A stretch of 63,357 bases of DNA, counting the filler, from Olpidium bornovanus S191 (lineage: Eukaryota > Fungi > Olpidiomycota), in the NCBI GenBank assembly GCA_017911155.1. It is 27 parts of 27 records of this genome, joined end to end, with 100 filler letters (N's around TTAATTAATTAA, not from the genome) between each part and the next. Parts side by side here need not be neighbours in the genome. Positions count along the whole stretch, not along the records: positions 51,256 to 53,989 come from JAEFCI010002403.1; positions 54,090 to 55,444 come from JAEFCI010011669.1; positions 55,545 to 57,734 come from JAEFCI010007198.1; positions 57,835 to 60,368 come from JAEFCI010010560.1; positions 60,469 to 61,783 come from JAEFCI010012594.1; positions 61,884 to 63,357 come from JAEFCI010013268.1; 21 more parts are not named here. One strand, 5' to 3'. Position 1 is the stretch's first letter, and every line of letters starts with the position of its first letter. A program made the position numbers and the translations under genes. The notes under the pieces were generated by a model. The model was given only the letters and a program-made list of their open reading frames with translations, was not told the DNA's origin and did not search any database. Shown piece by piece: positions 52,270 through 63,357 of this stretch.

Positions 52270-53183
52270 CGGCGTGGTCAATGGCGGACTGTGTGGGCGG
52301 CGTTCGGGGCGCGGCAGTAAGAGCAAACATTGTGTGCGAGGCAGCACTCTCGAGCTTCAGGCGTGAGACACGTAGTGCTTGACATATTGCTTGACGTCCC
52401 GACGCGGCTAGTGGTCCTTCTGGCCGTGAACAGGTTGCCGAGGCGGACGTTCACGGTATCGATCTCCATTGGACTGGGTCCCGAAGTTGTAGCTGAAATG
52501 ACCAGGCTGGCGCGGAACATGATTGCGTCAAAACGGTTAGCGAGTTGAATCGCTTCAATAAGGGATAACAGTCTTCCCATTCGACTTCATGGCGTGTGCG
52601 CGCACGATGGCCTTGCATAAAGCGGAACTTGGCCTCGTCATCTGAAATTAGCGTTGTAATCTGCAGCAGGATGTCATGGAACTTGGCCGCGTAGTCGGAA
52701 CCCGAGCCGGTCTGCTTGCAGGCGGCCAACTGTTTCGTGGAGGGTCGACGCGTAGTTCGTCGGTAAGAACAGCAAAAAGACGGTCGGCAAAGTCCTGGAA
52801 AGTGGAAAAAGGTGTGGTGGTCTCCTGATGGCGGAACCACATAGCGGCGGAGTCTGAGAGTAGGAATCCGGGAACCGGGACTTGTTGGCGTGCGTTGTTC
52901 GGGTAACGCCGGTCGACGAAGGTACGGACTGCGAAGATCCCTGCTTGTATTTTGCTCCCTGAACTTGTTCCGTTATACTTTTCCGGCGTTGGGACTTTCA
53001 CAGTGGCGTAAGTGTTCGGCGCCGGATGCGGTGAGTTGACAGAGGCGGCCAGCTCAGCCAGACGATTGACGGTGTCCGCGGTCATTTGCGCATTCTGGGC
53101 GAGAGCGACCAAAGAACGGTTTTGTTGCTGGAGCGTCTGGTTTTGTTGTTCGAGCTCCGCGCTGCGAGTTCGAGGGCAGACAT
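52270..53183 (-). mobile_element. Degenerate Ty3/gypsy-like gag with zinc knuckle
   Basis: Frameshifted segments: VKVPTPEKYNG, SAAMWF...TFQDFADRL, KQLAACKQTGSGSDYAAKF...DEAKFRFMQG, PSPMEID and LTPEARECCLAHNVCSYCR...HTVRH. Confidence 0.85.
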
Positions 53184-53509
53184 GCGGTTAAGTAGCTGCT
53201 GAAAGGCTTGTTCGGCCATAGGGTTGGTGTCCGGAGTGGCGACTCGACGATGCGGAGATGAGAAGGAAGGCGACGAAGCGAGTCACAGGGCAACGGCGGC
53301 GAGACAGAGCGGGCGGCGTAACGGCGACGGAAGGCGGACGGATGGCGAACGGATGCGCGTTGTTGGCGACGGAAGGCGGACCTGGCGGCGGGCGGCGGGC
53401 GACGAACTGCAGATGGCAAAGGGCTGATGGTGGACGGCTGGCTAAACGATGGCGGACGGTGGACGGCTAAGTGGTACTTGATGGGAGCTATCAAAATAAG
53501 CTAAAGCGG

Positions 53510-53820
53510 TGCCAGATATGATTATGGGATCTTGAAAACAGGCCACTCGTAAAAACGTGAAATAGTACTAATACTTCAGCCCAAAGCTGATCACTTGCCA
53601 CCAGCCAACAAGTTCAAAGCATAAAATTTTGAAACTCAGCAACATTATAGTTCTCAGAAAGGGCTTTCCAACGAGTTAAATCGCTGCCAGATCTGATTAC
53701 AGGATGCTGAGAACGCAGTATTCGACAAGAACGCAAAAATAGTACTAATAGTATTTCCTTCACCCCAAACCTGATCACTTACCACCAGCAAAAGGGATCA
53801 AAGTGGACAATTGTGAGAAA
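53510..53820. repeat. About 1.8 monomers of the same ~175-bp satellite as 17808-18270, in opposite orientation
   Basis: CCAGAT(A/C)TGATTA at 53513 and 53687; AATAGTACTAATA at about 53561 and 53738; CTGATCACTT at about 53587 and 53771. The sequence aligns with the reverse complement of 17915-18260. Confidence 0.8.
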
Positions 53821-54089
53821 AGCCTTTGTGGTTTATTCGGGACTGTGGGATAAGAGGGAAGTACCGTGACTACACGGTTACGACAGCCAAAGGGTGGTCA
53901 CGTGATTGGCAAGTCTGAATTCTGACACCCCCCGCAATCACAGAACTAATGACCTACCTCAAGATGACCGATAGTGGAACGGTGACATGNNNNNNNNNNN
54001 NNNNNNNNNNNNNNNNNNNNNNNNNNNNNNNNNTTAATTAATTAANNNNNNNNNNNNNNNNNNNNNNNNNNNNNNNNNNNNNNNNNNNN

Positions 54090-54637
54090 CATGAGAATCT
54101 CGCGTGCCTGGTTGATTTTTGAGCGGGTGAAATTTGCTTGAGCAAACAAAAACTCCGCATTTATCCACCCGGCAGAAAGGCAGAAATCCGGGACCCGGGG
54201 CGTTCTCGATCTCGTCATCGCGGGGAACGGTTTTGGCTCAAGGAGGGTTTGCCAAACATCGGTTCCGCCCCAAGAGGTTTTCCCCCGAACGGCAACTCCT
54301 GAGCTCCGGCTCAGCTGTTCCGCTAAGTCCCCGGCAGCCATTGTCGCGGGATTGGCCTACGGCGTGGTCGTGCGCGACCAACCCGAGTTTGCGCCGACCA
54401 GCTGGCTTCGAGTGACCGGCGACCATCGGGAACTTTTTCTCTCTTCCAACGGGTTCCCCCTCCACCGCTTCCTTCCCGTTAGCGTCCAGTTTATCCAGTA
54501 TTTCGCACCTTTTCACAGAGCTTCTTGACGTCGGCCTCGGGAAGCTGCTTGCACTGAGAAAGGTGCTCGATCCAGCCGTCGACGTCGGAAACGTCGCTCA
54601 AAATCGCCGAGCTTCCTTCTGTTCCTGCGGCCGCCAT
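54090..54637 (-). CDS. PPH21: Protein phosphatase 2A catalytic subunit, 5' part
   Basis: Exon 54509-54637 reads MAAAG...DVDGWIEHLSQCKQLPEADVKKLCEK. After intron 54108-54508 comes AREILM. WIEHL..CKQL fits PP2A better than PP4 or PP6. Confidence 0.88.
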
Positions 54638-55332
54638 CGCTCCCCTAGTTCATAAAACGAGCCTGTCCGTTTCGCGATCAGGAAAAAAAGAAGCGAGGTT
54701 TCGTCAAAACTCGGCGCCCGGTCCCCCGCACCCCGCGTTCGCCGCTGTCACTTTTCGTTTCGGCCGGAGGACCGCTGCTGATCGGGGCCGGAATTTTCGT
54801 CGAAGAGGCGGCGGGCTCGGACCGGCAGGCGAGAAAAAAAAAAAAAGGAAAAAAACAAACGGCCGCCCGCCACCCGCTCCTCCCCCTTCCCGCACCACCG
54901 CCGAGCGGCTTCCGAGGACCACGCGTCCCGCTCCCTGTCACTGTTCCGCACGCCGGCCCGGCTCCGCAACACTGGGGTACCCCACGTCAGCGGAAAAGGG
55001 GAATAAAAAAAAAAAAGGGAGAGAGCCGAGAGGTTGGAGACCCGATGGCGCAGGGAAGGGTGGAGGAGCGCCCGTTCCGTCTTTGCGCTGGCCAAGAGCT
55101 CGCGCGCAGTTACGATGGCACCGGCCCCCACCCTCTTCCTTCCCCTCCCCCCTCCTGCCCTTTCTTTTTCCCCGGAAATCCCTTTCGGCAGAACAAGAAA
55201 GAGGGAAGGAGGGCGGAGAGGAAGGATTTCCAACCAGGTTCCTCTCTTGCACAACCGCCGCTTCCCTCGCTTTCTTTTTTTCGCATGGGAGCACACCGAC
55301 GTGCGCCGTGCCGCGGCGACTCACCGGGGTGT

Positions 55333-55444
<112 letters not shown>

Positions 55445-55544
55445 NNNNNNNNNNNNNNNNNNNNNNNNNNNNNNNNNNNNNNNNNNNNTTAATTAATTAA
55501 NNNNNNNNNNNNNNNNNNNNNNNNNNNNNNNNNNNNNNNNNNNN

Positions 55545-56887
55545 AATCCCCTTCGCCATCCGCACAATGAAAGATCCAACAAGCAGCTCAAGGCGGCACG
55601 CACTTGGATGAGATACCGAGCAAGGAGAATGTTCCCTGGCGCGATGTGCAACGCCCGCTCCATGGAGCGCATGGCCTGGTGCCTGTGCGCGCGGGAGGAG
55701 CTGCTTTCCTGGGCAAGATAAGAGCTCTGCTCCAGATTGTCCTCGTCCTCGGATCCACCGCTTTCCATTTGTTTGCCTGATGGGCAATCGATTGGCACCA
55801 GGAGGCCGACAGGGGGCGGTTTGCCCGCCCGTTCCAATCGAATCATCAACGGCTGCCGAAAACTCGCGTCCCACAGAGACAGCGCAATCATGCCAATATA
55901 GGCGTGGCAGAGGGCGTGGTTACTGTACGGATGTTGAGTGATGTAGCTGGAGACACAGCGAATTTCAGTCGTACGGCGGCCGGTTGAGCGGCGGCACGGC
56001 GTTCTGAATGCGGACTGCTTAATTATAGATGGGCCGCCTTACCTCGACAAGTTCGTGAGCGCTTCCTGAGTTTCGTTAAGCGCGAGCTGCACTGCAGTCG
56101 TAGCGACAAGAAGATCCGGTTTCTGTTGGAAAAAAACCGGCACCAAGAGCTTGAGAGACCGGAGAAAAAGACGCACCGAACCGCCAAACTTAATCACTGG
56201 CAGGCCGTCCTGCGCGTCACGCCAACAGCAAACTCACGTTGTCGACAGGCGCTTGAACAAACAGCGTATGCAAGAACCAAAGCAACCGGTCGGAACTGAA
56301 CCGGTAGGTTGTAGCAATCTCCAGCATAGCCTAAGGCACAGGGAAGAAAAGATTGGAGTAAAGCTAAGCCGCAGGCCACCAGGACACCTCCGGCAGAGCC
56401 GGCTTAACAAGCTCAGAGTGCGCCCAGGTTTCTTAACCAACTAGGGCTGCAGGTCGTCCGGACCTCCCCCCCACCGGGCAGCATGCCGACCGGGCAAGAG
56501 GCGACTCACCTGCAAGACAGAGCCTACTCCGCCGCCAAAGTGGGACATTGAGGGACGGGACAAGCGCAGGACGCAGCGCACGGCGAGCCGCAGCGCGCGG
56601 AGGTCGCGCGGCGAGAAACGGGGCGCCGACGCGGGCGTGGCGGCGGCGGCAGGCAGCGAGAGCAGCAGGAAGTGGAGGGTGTCCCGCAGCTGGTAGAAGG
56701 CGACCCTCGAGACGGACGTCTGCGGGGCGACCCTCACGCGCGACAGCATGTGCGGGGCGGCGGCGCACCGCGGGAGACTGGACGGGCACGGGCGGGCGGC
56801 TGGCGCGACGAGCAACGACGGGGGAGGCGGCGGCGGCGGCGGCGGGAAGGGGTTCCGCGCCCGGGACTCTGCGGTGCTCCGCTTCAT
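55545..56887 (-). CDS. Multi-exon protein, possibly RNA polymerase I core factor Rrn11/TAF1A-like; 3' partial
   Basis: Clear GT-AG exon chain: FYQLRDTLHFLLL...RALRLAVRCVLRL...GSVLQ | AMLEIATTY...QAPVDN | KPDLLV...QEALTNLS | YITQHPYSNHALCHAYIGMIALSLW.... The resemblance to recalled Rrn11 motifs is moderate only. Confidence 0.45.
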
Positions 56888-57253
56888 TTTCCCCCCCGCC
56901 CGCGCCCGCGCACGCGCCGCACGCCCGCCAACCGGGGAAATCGCCCTCTCGGCAACGCGGGAGAGGGAAAAAAAAAAAGAAAAAAAAAAAAAAAAAAACA
57001 CCCTCCCCCACACCCTCCCCGACCCCGACCTTGACCCCGAAGAAGTGAGACCTTCCGCCCGTTAACGCCGTGTGCACCGCGACTCCTGCGCCAAGAGCCC
57101 ACGAGTGCCGCCCGCGCCTCGCTCGAGTACGTGGGGCCCTTTCCCCTTTCGCTCCGCCGTGCCACAGGTGGCAAAGGCGAGGGAGCTTTCTGTCCCCCCT
57201 TTCCGGTTGCTGCCCCGCGCTGATGCGACGCCCTGCGCTTCTCTTCAGTGGCG

Positions 57254-57681
57254 ATGCTCAAGGACATTCTGCGGACCCGTGAGTGCGAGCCGGCGGTTTA
57301 AAGCTGCGCTTTCCCAGAGATCCCTGCTTGTTCTCTCGCGTCTCACCAACACGTGGTGCCGCGCCGCGCGACCCGCAGGCCTGCTGGACATGATCCGCAG
57401 CGTGAAACCCGCGGGAAACGCCTGGAAGGTCGTCGTGGTGGACCCGGTGTCCGTCAAGATCCTCTCGGCGGCGTGCAAGATGTTCGACATTCTAGAAGAG
57501 AACGTCACCGTCGTCGAGACGATCACTAAGCGAAGGCAGCCGTACCCAAATTTCGATGCCGTGTACTTTCTCTCCCCGACGGCGGAATCCGTAAACAGGC
57601 TCATCGACGACTTCACTGTTGGCGTGCCCGGCGGCAAGCCCGGCGCGATATATGCGGCTGCGCACCTGTTTTTCACGTCCG
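57254..57681 (+). CDS. SEC1: Sec1/Munc18 family SM protein, 5' part
   Basis: MLKDILRTR | intron 57279-57378 | LLDMIRSV...WKVVVVD...KILSAACKMFDILEENVTVVE...RRQPYPNFDAVYFLSPT...YAAAHLFFTS, ending at a GTGAGC donor. Confidence 0.92.
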
Positions 57682-57834
57682 GTGAGCTTCCCCCCCCCCC
57701 CCCCCCCCCCCCGCCCCGCCCGCGCGCGCCCCTCNNNNNNNNNNNNNNNNNNNNNNNNNNNNNNNNNNNNNNNNNNNNTTAATTAATTAANNNNNNNNNN
57801 NNNNNNNNNNNNNNNNNNNNNNNNNNNNNNNNNN

Positions 57835-59038
57835 ATGCCCTTGACGAGAGGCGGGTCCTCGGGGGCTTCCCGCCTCGAAACTTCGCTCCCTCCGCTCGCG
57901 GCGGCGGCGATCACCGCGCCCTCGACGACGCGCTCGACGTATTTGCCGAGCATGTCCACCTCGACGTTGACCGTGTCGCCGGCCCGCTTCCGCGCCATGA
58001 CGACGCGCTGCTGCGTGTAGGCCACGAGCATGACGCTGAAGCCGAGCTCCCGCGGCCGCGTCTCCGTCACCGTCAGGCTCGCCCCGTCCAAGGCCACGTA
58101 TCCCTTTGGCACGATCGTGGACATCAGGTGCGCGTCCTTGGGCAGCAGGGCCAAATCGTACCAGAGTGCGTTGCCGTCCGGCCGCACGTTCGTTATTGTC
58201 GCCGTCGAGTCCACGTGGCCCTAAAAATGCGCAATGGAGACGCGTCGGTCTCCGTCAGGAACGGCCAAAAAAAAATGGTTTTGCGGGGAGGAAAAGAGGC
58301 GTTCCCGCGGCGCAAGCGTGTGGCAACTCGTATGCCGAGTCGTAAAATGTTCTCACCTGGACGAAATGGCCTCCAAACCTCGCGCTAGCGGACATGGACC
58401 TCTCAAGGTTAACAGGAGATCCCACGACGAGCTTTCCTGTCCAGCGCGGGGAAACAAGGTTGTATGAGGTTAACGGTCACCGCGCCGCTCGTCCACAAAC
58501 CAAAAACCACGCAAACATCCTCCGGATGTTGCGCACGATACGCCTTCCAACGTCAAAGCGCAACGAACACCCCCCCCCCATTGTCGCCGCGCAACCACAA
58601 AAGGTTCAAGCGCCGGTGCGGCCTCTGTCCGACCAGCGCCGCCCTGGTTACCTAGGTTCGTTTTACGGAGCGTCTCTGGCGCGACCCCGACCTTGAACGA
58701 CTGGGAGTCGAATTCCGTGACCGTGAGGCATGTTCCTGATCCGTCGACAGCGGGACGTTCGACAGAAACGTGCCAACAACAGGAAAACTCCGTTTGAACA
58801 TTTTCTCTCTCGCGCAGTGTCTCGGTAGCTCTTTCTCTCTTCCAATCTATTCTTGATGAATCCGGGGGAGGAACGCACCGTTCACGGCGATGCTGTCCCC
58901 CAGCTTGCAGTCGCCCAGGATTGCCGCGGCGCCCTTGCCCCCGACGGTAACGGCGAACCCGCCGCCCGCCGACGCGGAGGTGTCCGGAGGGGAGACGGCG
59001 ACGACCTCGCCGATTTCCTCGACGAGCCCTGTGAACAT
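57835..59038 (-). CDS. RIB5: Riboflavin synthase (alpha chain), four exons, 3' end at contig edge
   Basis: MFTGLVEEIG...GDSIAVNG | TCLTVTEF...VAPETLRKTNLG | VNLERS...RFGGHFVQ | GHVD...PKGYVALDGASLTV...VNVEVDMLGKYVE. Confidence 0.96.
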
Positions 59039-59141
59039 CGTGTTTCGCTTTCGGCCGCGGGGTGGGGTGGCGAGGTTGGGAGGCGGGTTTCTGGTTGGGT
59101 GCGTGTTTGAGGGCAGTGGTTGCAACCCAGACAAAACAACG

Positions 59142-59178
<37 letters not shown>

Positions 59179-59223
59179 ACGCTTTGCTTGAGTCAATGGA
59201 GTGGCCGTCGAAGTATTGCATTC

Positions 59224-59670
59224 TCAGCCCTTGCCAGTGACTAATTCTTTCGATTGCTCCGGCCAGATATTTTCGTCGAGATGCCCAATGAGGTAAGCCA
59301 GAGCCACGTCCCCTTGGCACATTTTCCACCCTTGGGCTGTGGCGATGGCTACGCTGGCTTGCATGACAATCACAGACATCACAGGGGAGAATTGTCTCAT
59401 TGTAACCAATGCTTTTGGTTTTGCCAACAAAACGTTGGGCGAGAAATTGTGCTCGGTATTTGATGACTGTTTTTTTGTGTTTGAAGACCCACTAGCCAGT
59501 GGAGGATTTTTTGGTTTTGGGGTTTTGGAACTGGGGGAGTTCCGGAAATAGGTCACGTTGCCGCCCGCCCAATGCTCGGCCTCGCAGCTCATGACTGCTT
59601 CCTCAAAGGTCTTTGGTTTTTGGTTGTAGTGACCTGCTTCGGTCGATGTGAGTGCAAAGTCTGGCAATTA
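59224..59670 (-). mobile_element. Ty1/copia pol relic (RT N-terminal region); degenerate sequence may extend to about 60368
   Basis: KPKTFEEAVMSCEAEHW, then FSPV...VAIATAQGWKMCQGDVALAYLIGHLDENIWPEQ. This matches copia EPxTYxEA...W and FAPV...GWxLxQxDVxTAYLNGxLDExIYMxQ. Confidence 0.78.
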
Positions 59671-60468
59671 ACCCGTCCAGGACGGAAAGATGATGTGCTG
59701 TGCAGAAATCCAGGATCGTCTTCGGGTTTCCGATTACGTTGGTTTCTTGCCGCATTGTGGACCCGTTGCCCCGCTTGACCTTGAATTGGAGTGTTCCCCG
59801 GGCGAAATAGCGGTAGGTGATTATTTTGCCTTGGCTTTGGTTCCGGCACTTCGGAGTTTGTTCCGTCTTGGTTGAAGTCTTGCGGTTGGTCTCGGGGAAG
59901 ACGGAGACGGAGATCTTGCATCCCCCAACCGCAGAAAAAGATCAACGAGACAGAGCTCTGTTTTATCACAGGATCACTCCAGCACGCGTGTCCTGAAAAA
60001 AGTTCCACTGTTGGATCTGCGTCGGATTCGGCGTCCGAATCTGCCATCGGATTCCGCGAGCCGAAAAGCTGCGTTGGATTCCGGGTCAGGTCCTGCGTCC
60101 GGATTCCGCGTCCGAAGTCCGCGTCGGGACCTGCGCACCAAAATTTTCCGCTGAGACGTGATACACTTTTGCAAACAGGCCTATTTACTCGGTTGTGCCT
60201 TTGGCCATTCGACAATTCTCTTGTACCGACTGTTTTGCTCAGAATGGCGTCAACCAAAAAACCGTGCTATTCTGGGCACCTAGAGTGAATCCCGGCATTA
60301 TCTGTGAGAAACGCTTTCCGAGAGAGCCAAGCTCACCAAGATTGGCAATATCAAAGTGATGGTGCATGNNNNNNNNNNNNNNNNNNNNNNNNNNNNNNNN
60401 NNNNNNNNNNNNTTAATTAATTAANNNNNNNNNNNNNNNNNNNNNNNNNNNNNNNNNNNNNNNNNNNN

Positions 60469-61504
60469 CAATGAACCCGTTTCTCCTCAGCTCGACTCCT
60501 CAACTCGAGGGCAAGCCCCACCCGGGGCACTCCGCGCCCGGAAAATCACGCAACGCCGCTTACATCCTCCGGAAAATGTTCGATCATGTAGTTCCAATCC
60601 TTCGTCGGTTTTGGTCCCGGTCTGCGCTCGTCGAATTCGAACAGCTTTTCTGGCTCGGGCGCCACGTTGCGAACGTTGGTTACGACCACGATGTCGCCGC
60701 AGTCAGCTGTTCACGCGAGAATTTCCGAAGAGAAAGGAGTGTAAGGGCACAAGAATTTTTTTTGTATGACTGTAACATTTGACAGCTCGGAAGCCGGCCC
60801 CACCGCTGTCGAATTACAAGAGGGCCGGGTTCCTCTCTGCACTGCGCGTCGCGTTCGCAGGCGATGAAGTCCGCAACCCTCTACCGCGCCCAACCTGGCG
60901 GATACACTCACTTTGCGGGTGGTAGATTGGCTTGTGCCTTCCCATAAGTGTTGCGGCGATCCTTCGGCAAAGCTGAAGAAGGTTGCGGTCGGTGGCGTCC
61001 ACGTGGTGCCACAGCCGGGTGTACGCGGGCCCGGTCTGCGCAGAGCGAGCAGGGCGACGGAACGGCGAAACCAAGCGACGGGCGGGTGAGTTGCAAATCG
61101 CCGTCCACAAAAGCTCCTGCTTCGCCGGCCCAAACTGCCTCCGGTAACACCACAACCAAAGGCGGCGCAACCAGTCCACGCTCTCTCCACCCGCGTGGTG
61201 AGGGAAACGTGTTATTATTTTTTTTTTCCGTGCACGTTACAAAACACGGTCGGCCGGCAGTTCCCTTCCGGAGAGCGCTCGGGCGCAAGACGTCCGACAG
61301 ATTGTCCTCGCGTCCCGGCTTTCGAGGTGGGGCGGAGAGAAGGGGGTTCCTCGGCTTTCCCCTTCAACGTTCCCCGACCGGGCCCCGCCGGGCTTCCCCG
61401 GGGGTCCTCTTCCCCACCGGCCCGCGGCGAAAGGGGGAAGCGCCTTTCCCCCGCAAGGACGTCTCTGCGCCCTCGCCGCGCACCTTGCCGATGATTGAGG
61501 ACAT
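60469..61504 (-). CDS. uL13m: Mitochondrial ribosomal protein uL13m, divergent; 3' partial
   Basis: Exons 61484-61504 (MSSIIGK), 60912-61035 (TGPAYTRLWHHVDA...IAATLMGRHKPIYHPQ) and 60564-60706 (TDCGDIVVVTN...HFPED). Splice phases are consistent. Confidence 0.85.
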
Positions 61505-61883
61505 TCTCGTGCTTTCGCCGGTGGGCAACAAGCAACGAACGTGGGTGGGCCTGTCGCGGCCGGGAGACGTGGGAGGGCCCGGGGAAGGTTGCCTGCCGGC
61601 TTGGGTTGCGTTGAGTAGCCGCCGTCGTTCGGGCGTTGTCCGCGGACGGAGGCGGGGAGGGGCAACCCGAAAACGCCGGTCACGTGAGCGCACGCCACCC
61701 CCTCCCTTTCTCTCCTTCCCCCCCCCCCCCCCCCCCCCCCCCCGGGGGGAAAAAAAAAAAAAAAAAAAAAAAAAAGCGCGCACNNNNNNNNNNNNNNNNN
61801 NNNNNNNNNNNNNNNNNNNNNNNNNNNTTAATTAATTAANNNNNNNNNNNNNNNNNNNNNNNNNNNNNNNNNNNNNNNNNNNN

Positions 61884-62150
61884 GCATGCCCCTTGAACGG
61901 TACGGTTTAGCCTGCAGCCCTTCCGGCTTGACGTCGAAACCGCCTCGGTTCTGAAAAAGTGTCTTGCCCGCCTTGCTTTTCCTCTCGCGTGTCATAACGA
62001 TACTCACCATTCTGCTGTCGCTCAATCTTTGGTGCTCTCCCTTCTGCCAGACCGAAATCTTACTCGACCGAGGCCATCATCAAGATGTTCGAGAAATAGA
62101 GAATATTCGAGGTGCCAATAAAAGAATGCATAGAGCAGAATTACGTGAGA
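61884..62150 (-). CDS. Probable exons of an unidentified, possibly membrane, protein
   Basis: A CTAAC branch and AAG acceptor precede ATQFGSHVILLYAFFYWHLEYSLFLEHLDDGLGR. Two further GT-AG-bounded segments stay in frame to the contig edge. Confidence 0.35.
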
Positions 62151-63315
62151 ACCAAATTGTGTTGCCTTTTAGTTAGACGCTGCAAATTAGGATTTTTGGA
62201 TTTACCGCATCGCCGCTTTCGATTTTTTTCCTCGTAGCTTGGGGACGCGCAATTCCGTCTTCCCTCTCCTCGTTTCTTCCCCTCTCCCGCACTCCATCCG
62301 TGCTCCTGCACAAATTCTTTCTTTCACTTTCACGTAAGAAGTATTGTAAAAACATTTGGACGAAGCTTGCGAATCCGCGATTGTTTTCCGCACCAAATTT
62401 TCCGCGGCTCCGATTCCGTCCCCCAGCGAATTTTCCGGGAATCCGGAAGCGAGCCCGTGATCTACGGGGGACCCTGCCCAGGGCGCCGTTCCTCAGGTTG
62501 TCACAACGCCCGAGTCAGGCAGTGGGTATTCGCACCACGAACTGCTGTCCAGGAAGCTTGGATCACGGAAACAGAATGTGCACGTAGACCCCAACAACCT
62601 TGCGGTTGCTTTGTCGGGCCAAAGCAACTGGAGCTATAAAGCTTCTGTAATCCGCGGTCAAAACTTTTCGAAAAGCCACCGGGGAAAAGAAAGAAAAAAC
62701 GACCGCCGCCGCAACCCGAGGACGTTGGCAGAGGGGCGGGGCGGGGGGGGGAAGGGGGGGGGTGGCGCACTCGAAAGATTTGAGTGGCGCTTTGACGCCG
62801 AGGGTTTTGCGGGGTCCCAACCGAACCTCACGTCTCCCGAACCTGCCTAAGTCGTCCAGCGCGCTTGAAGATCGGTCCAATTTGCGCTCCGAAATAACTC
62901 CCGCCGCCGGAATCGCTACGCCGGCAGGCAGTTCAAAACGAGCGCGTTTCTCTCCCCCCTTCCCCCCCCCCCCTGCCCTCCCCGGTCTTGCTCTTTCCTT
63001 TCCTACCTGGACGTTGAGACTGTCAGCGCTTGATGCGCGGGGACGAAAGAGAGCTCATTTGGATGCCAGAGCGTGGAATTGAACCGATGCTACATTGGCA
63101 GTAGTTTATGTTAGTAAATAACTATTTACACATTACAGAGCACCTCAGAATCTAAATTATACGCGCATAAGAACTTATACTCCCCGCCTTTGGCGAGAAC
63201 GTTCGACAAAAGGCGTTTTTTGTACGTTTTTTTTTTCCGCCGAAGCAAGCATGGGCGAGCGTCTCCTGAGCGGCCGCGCCCTCTGCACGGAGGCGATCGT
63301 CGAATCTTGGCCACT

Positions 63316-63357
<42 letters not shown>

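Noticed and set aside
53812-53927. Possible short LTR (TGTCAG...AATAAA...CTCACA on the minus strand) for the second gag element
   Set aside because: The putative 3' end overlaps the satellite monomer and no TGG primer site follows it.
62578-62650. HVDPNNLAVALSGQSNWSYK resembling the NRAMP DPGN motif
   Set aside because: The invariant DPGN glycine is missing and no transmembrane segment follows.

Overview
This is eukaryotic DNA, not a continuous locus. It is 27 short contigs (about 1.2-5.4 kb each) joined by 26 identical 100-bp artificial spacers (44 N + TTAATTAATTAA + 44 N), so neighbouring contigs are not linked. The DNA is GC-rich and intron-rich (GT-AG introns, CTAAC/CTGAC-type branch points) and has long G/C/A/T homopolymer tracts. 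Recognisable, mostly partial genes are APN1, an FHA+forkhead factor, NAP1, a GYP7-type TBC Rab-GAP, a complete RPS18, a MARK/SIK kinase, histidinol dehydrogenase, PP2A catalytic subunit, SEC1, riboflavin synthase and mitochondrial uL13. Also present are a multicopper oxidase pseudogene, Ty3/gypsy-like gag relics, Ty1/copia pol relics and a DDE transposase relic. Fungal-type metabolism co-occurs with genes classically described as absent from yeasts: an INTS1-like Integrator subunit, a Treslin/TICRR N-terminal domain and a soluble (ADCY10-like) adenylyl cyclase. This suggests an early-diverging, possibly zoosporic, fungus (inference). The most unusual items are a 1.1-kb AT-rich, highly divergent cytochrome b-like insert that may sit inside a nuclear intron, a ~175-bp satellite family on two contigs (one copy upstream of a retrotransposon gag), an RPS18 gene with ATG-only and stop-only terminal exons, and a strong excess of contig ends at CATG. 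All family assignments come from manual translation and recalled motifs, not database searches.
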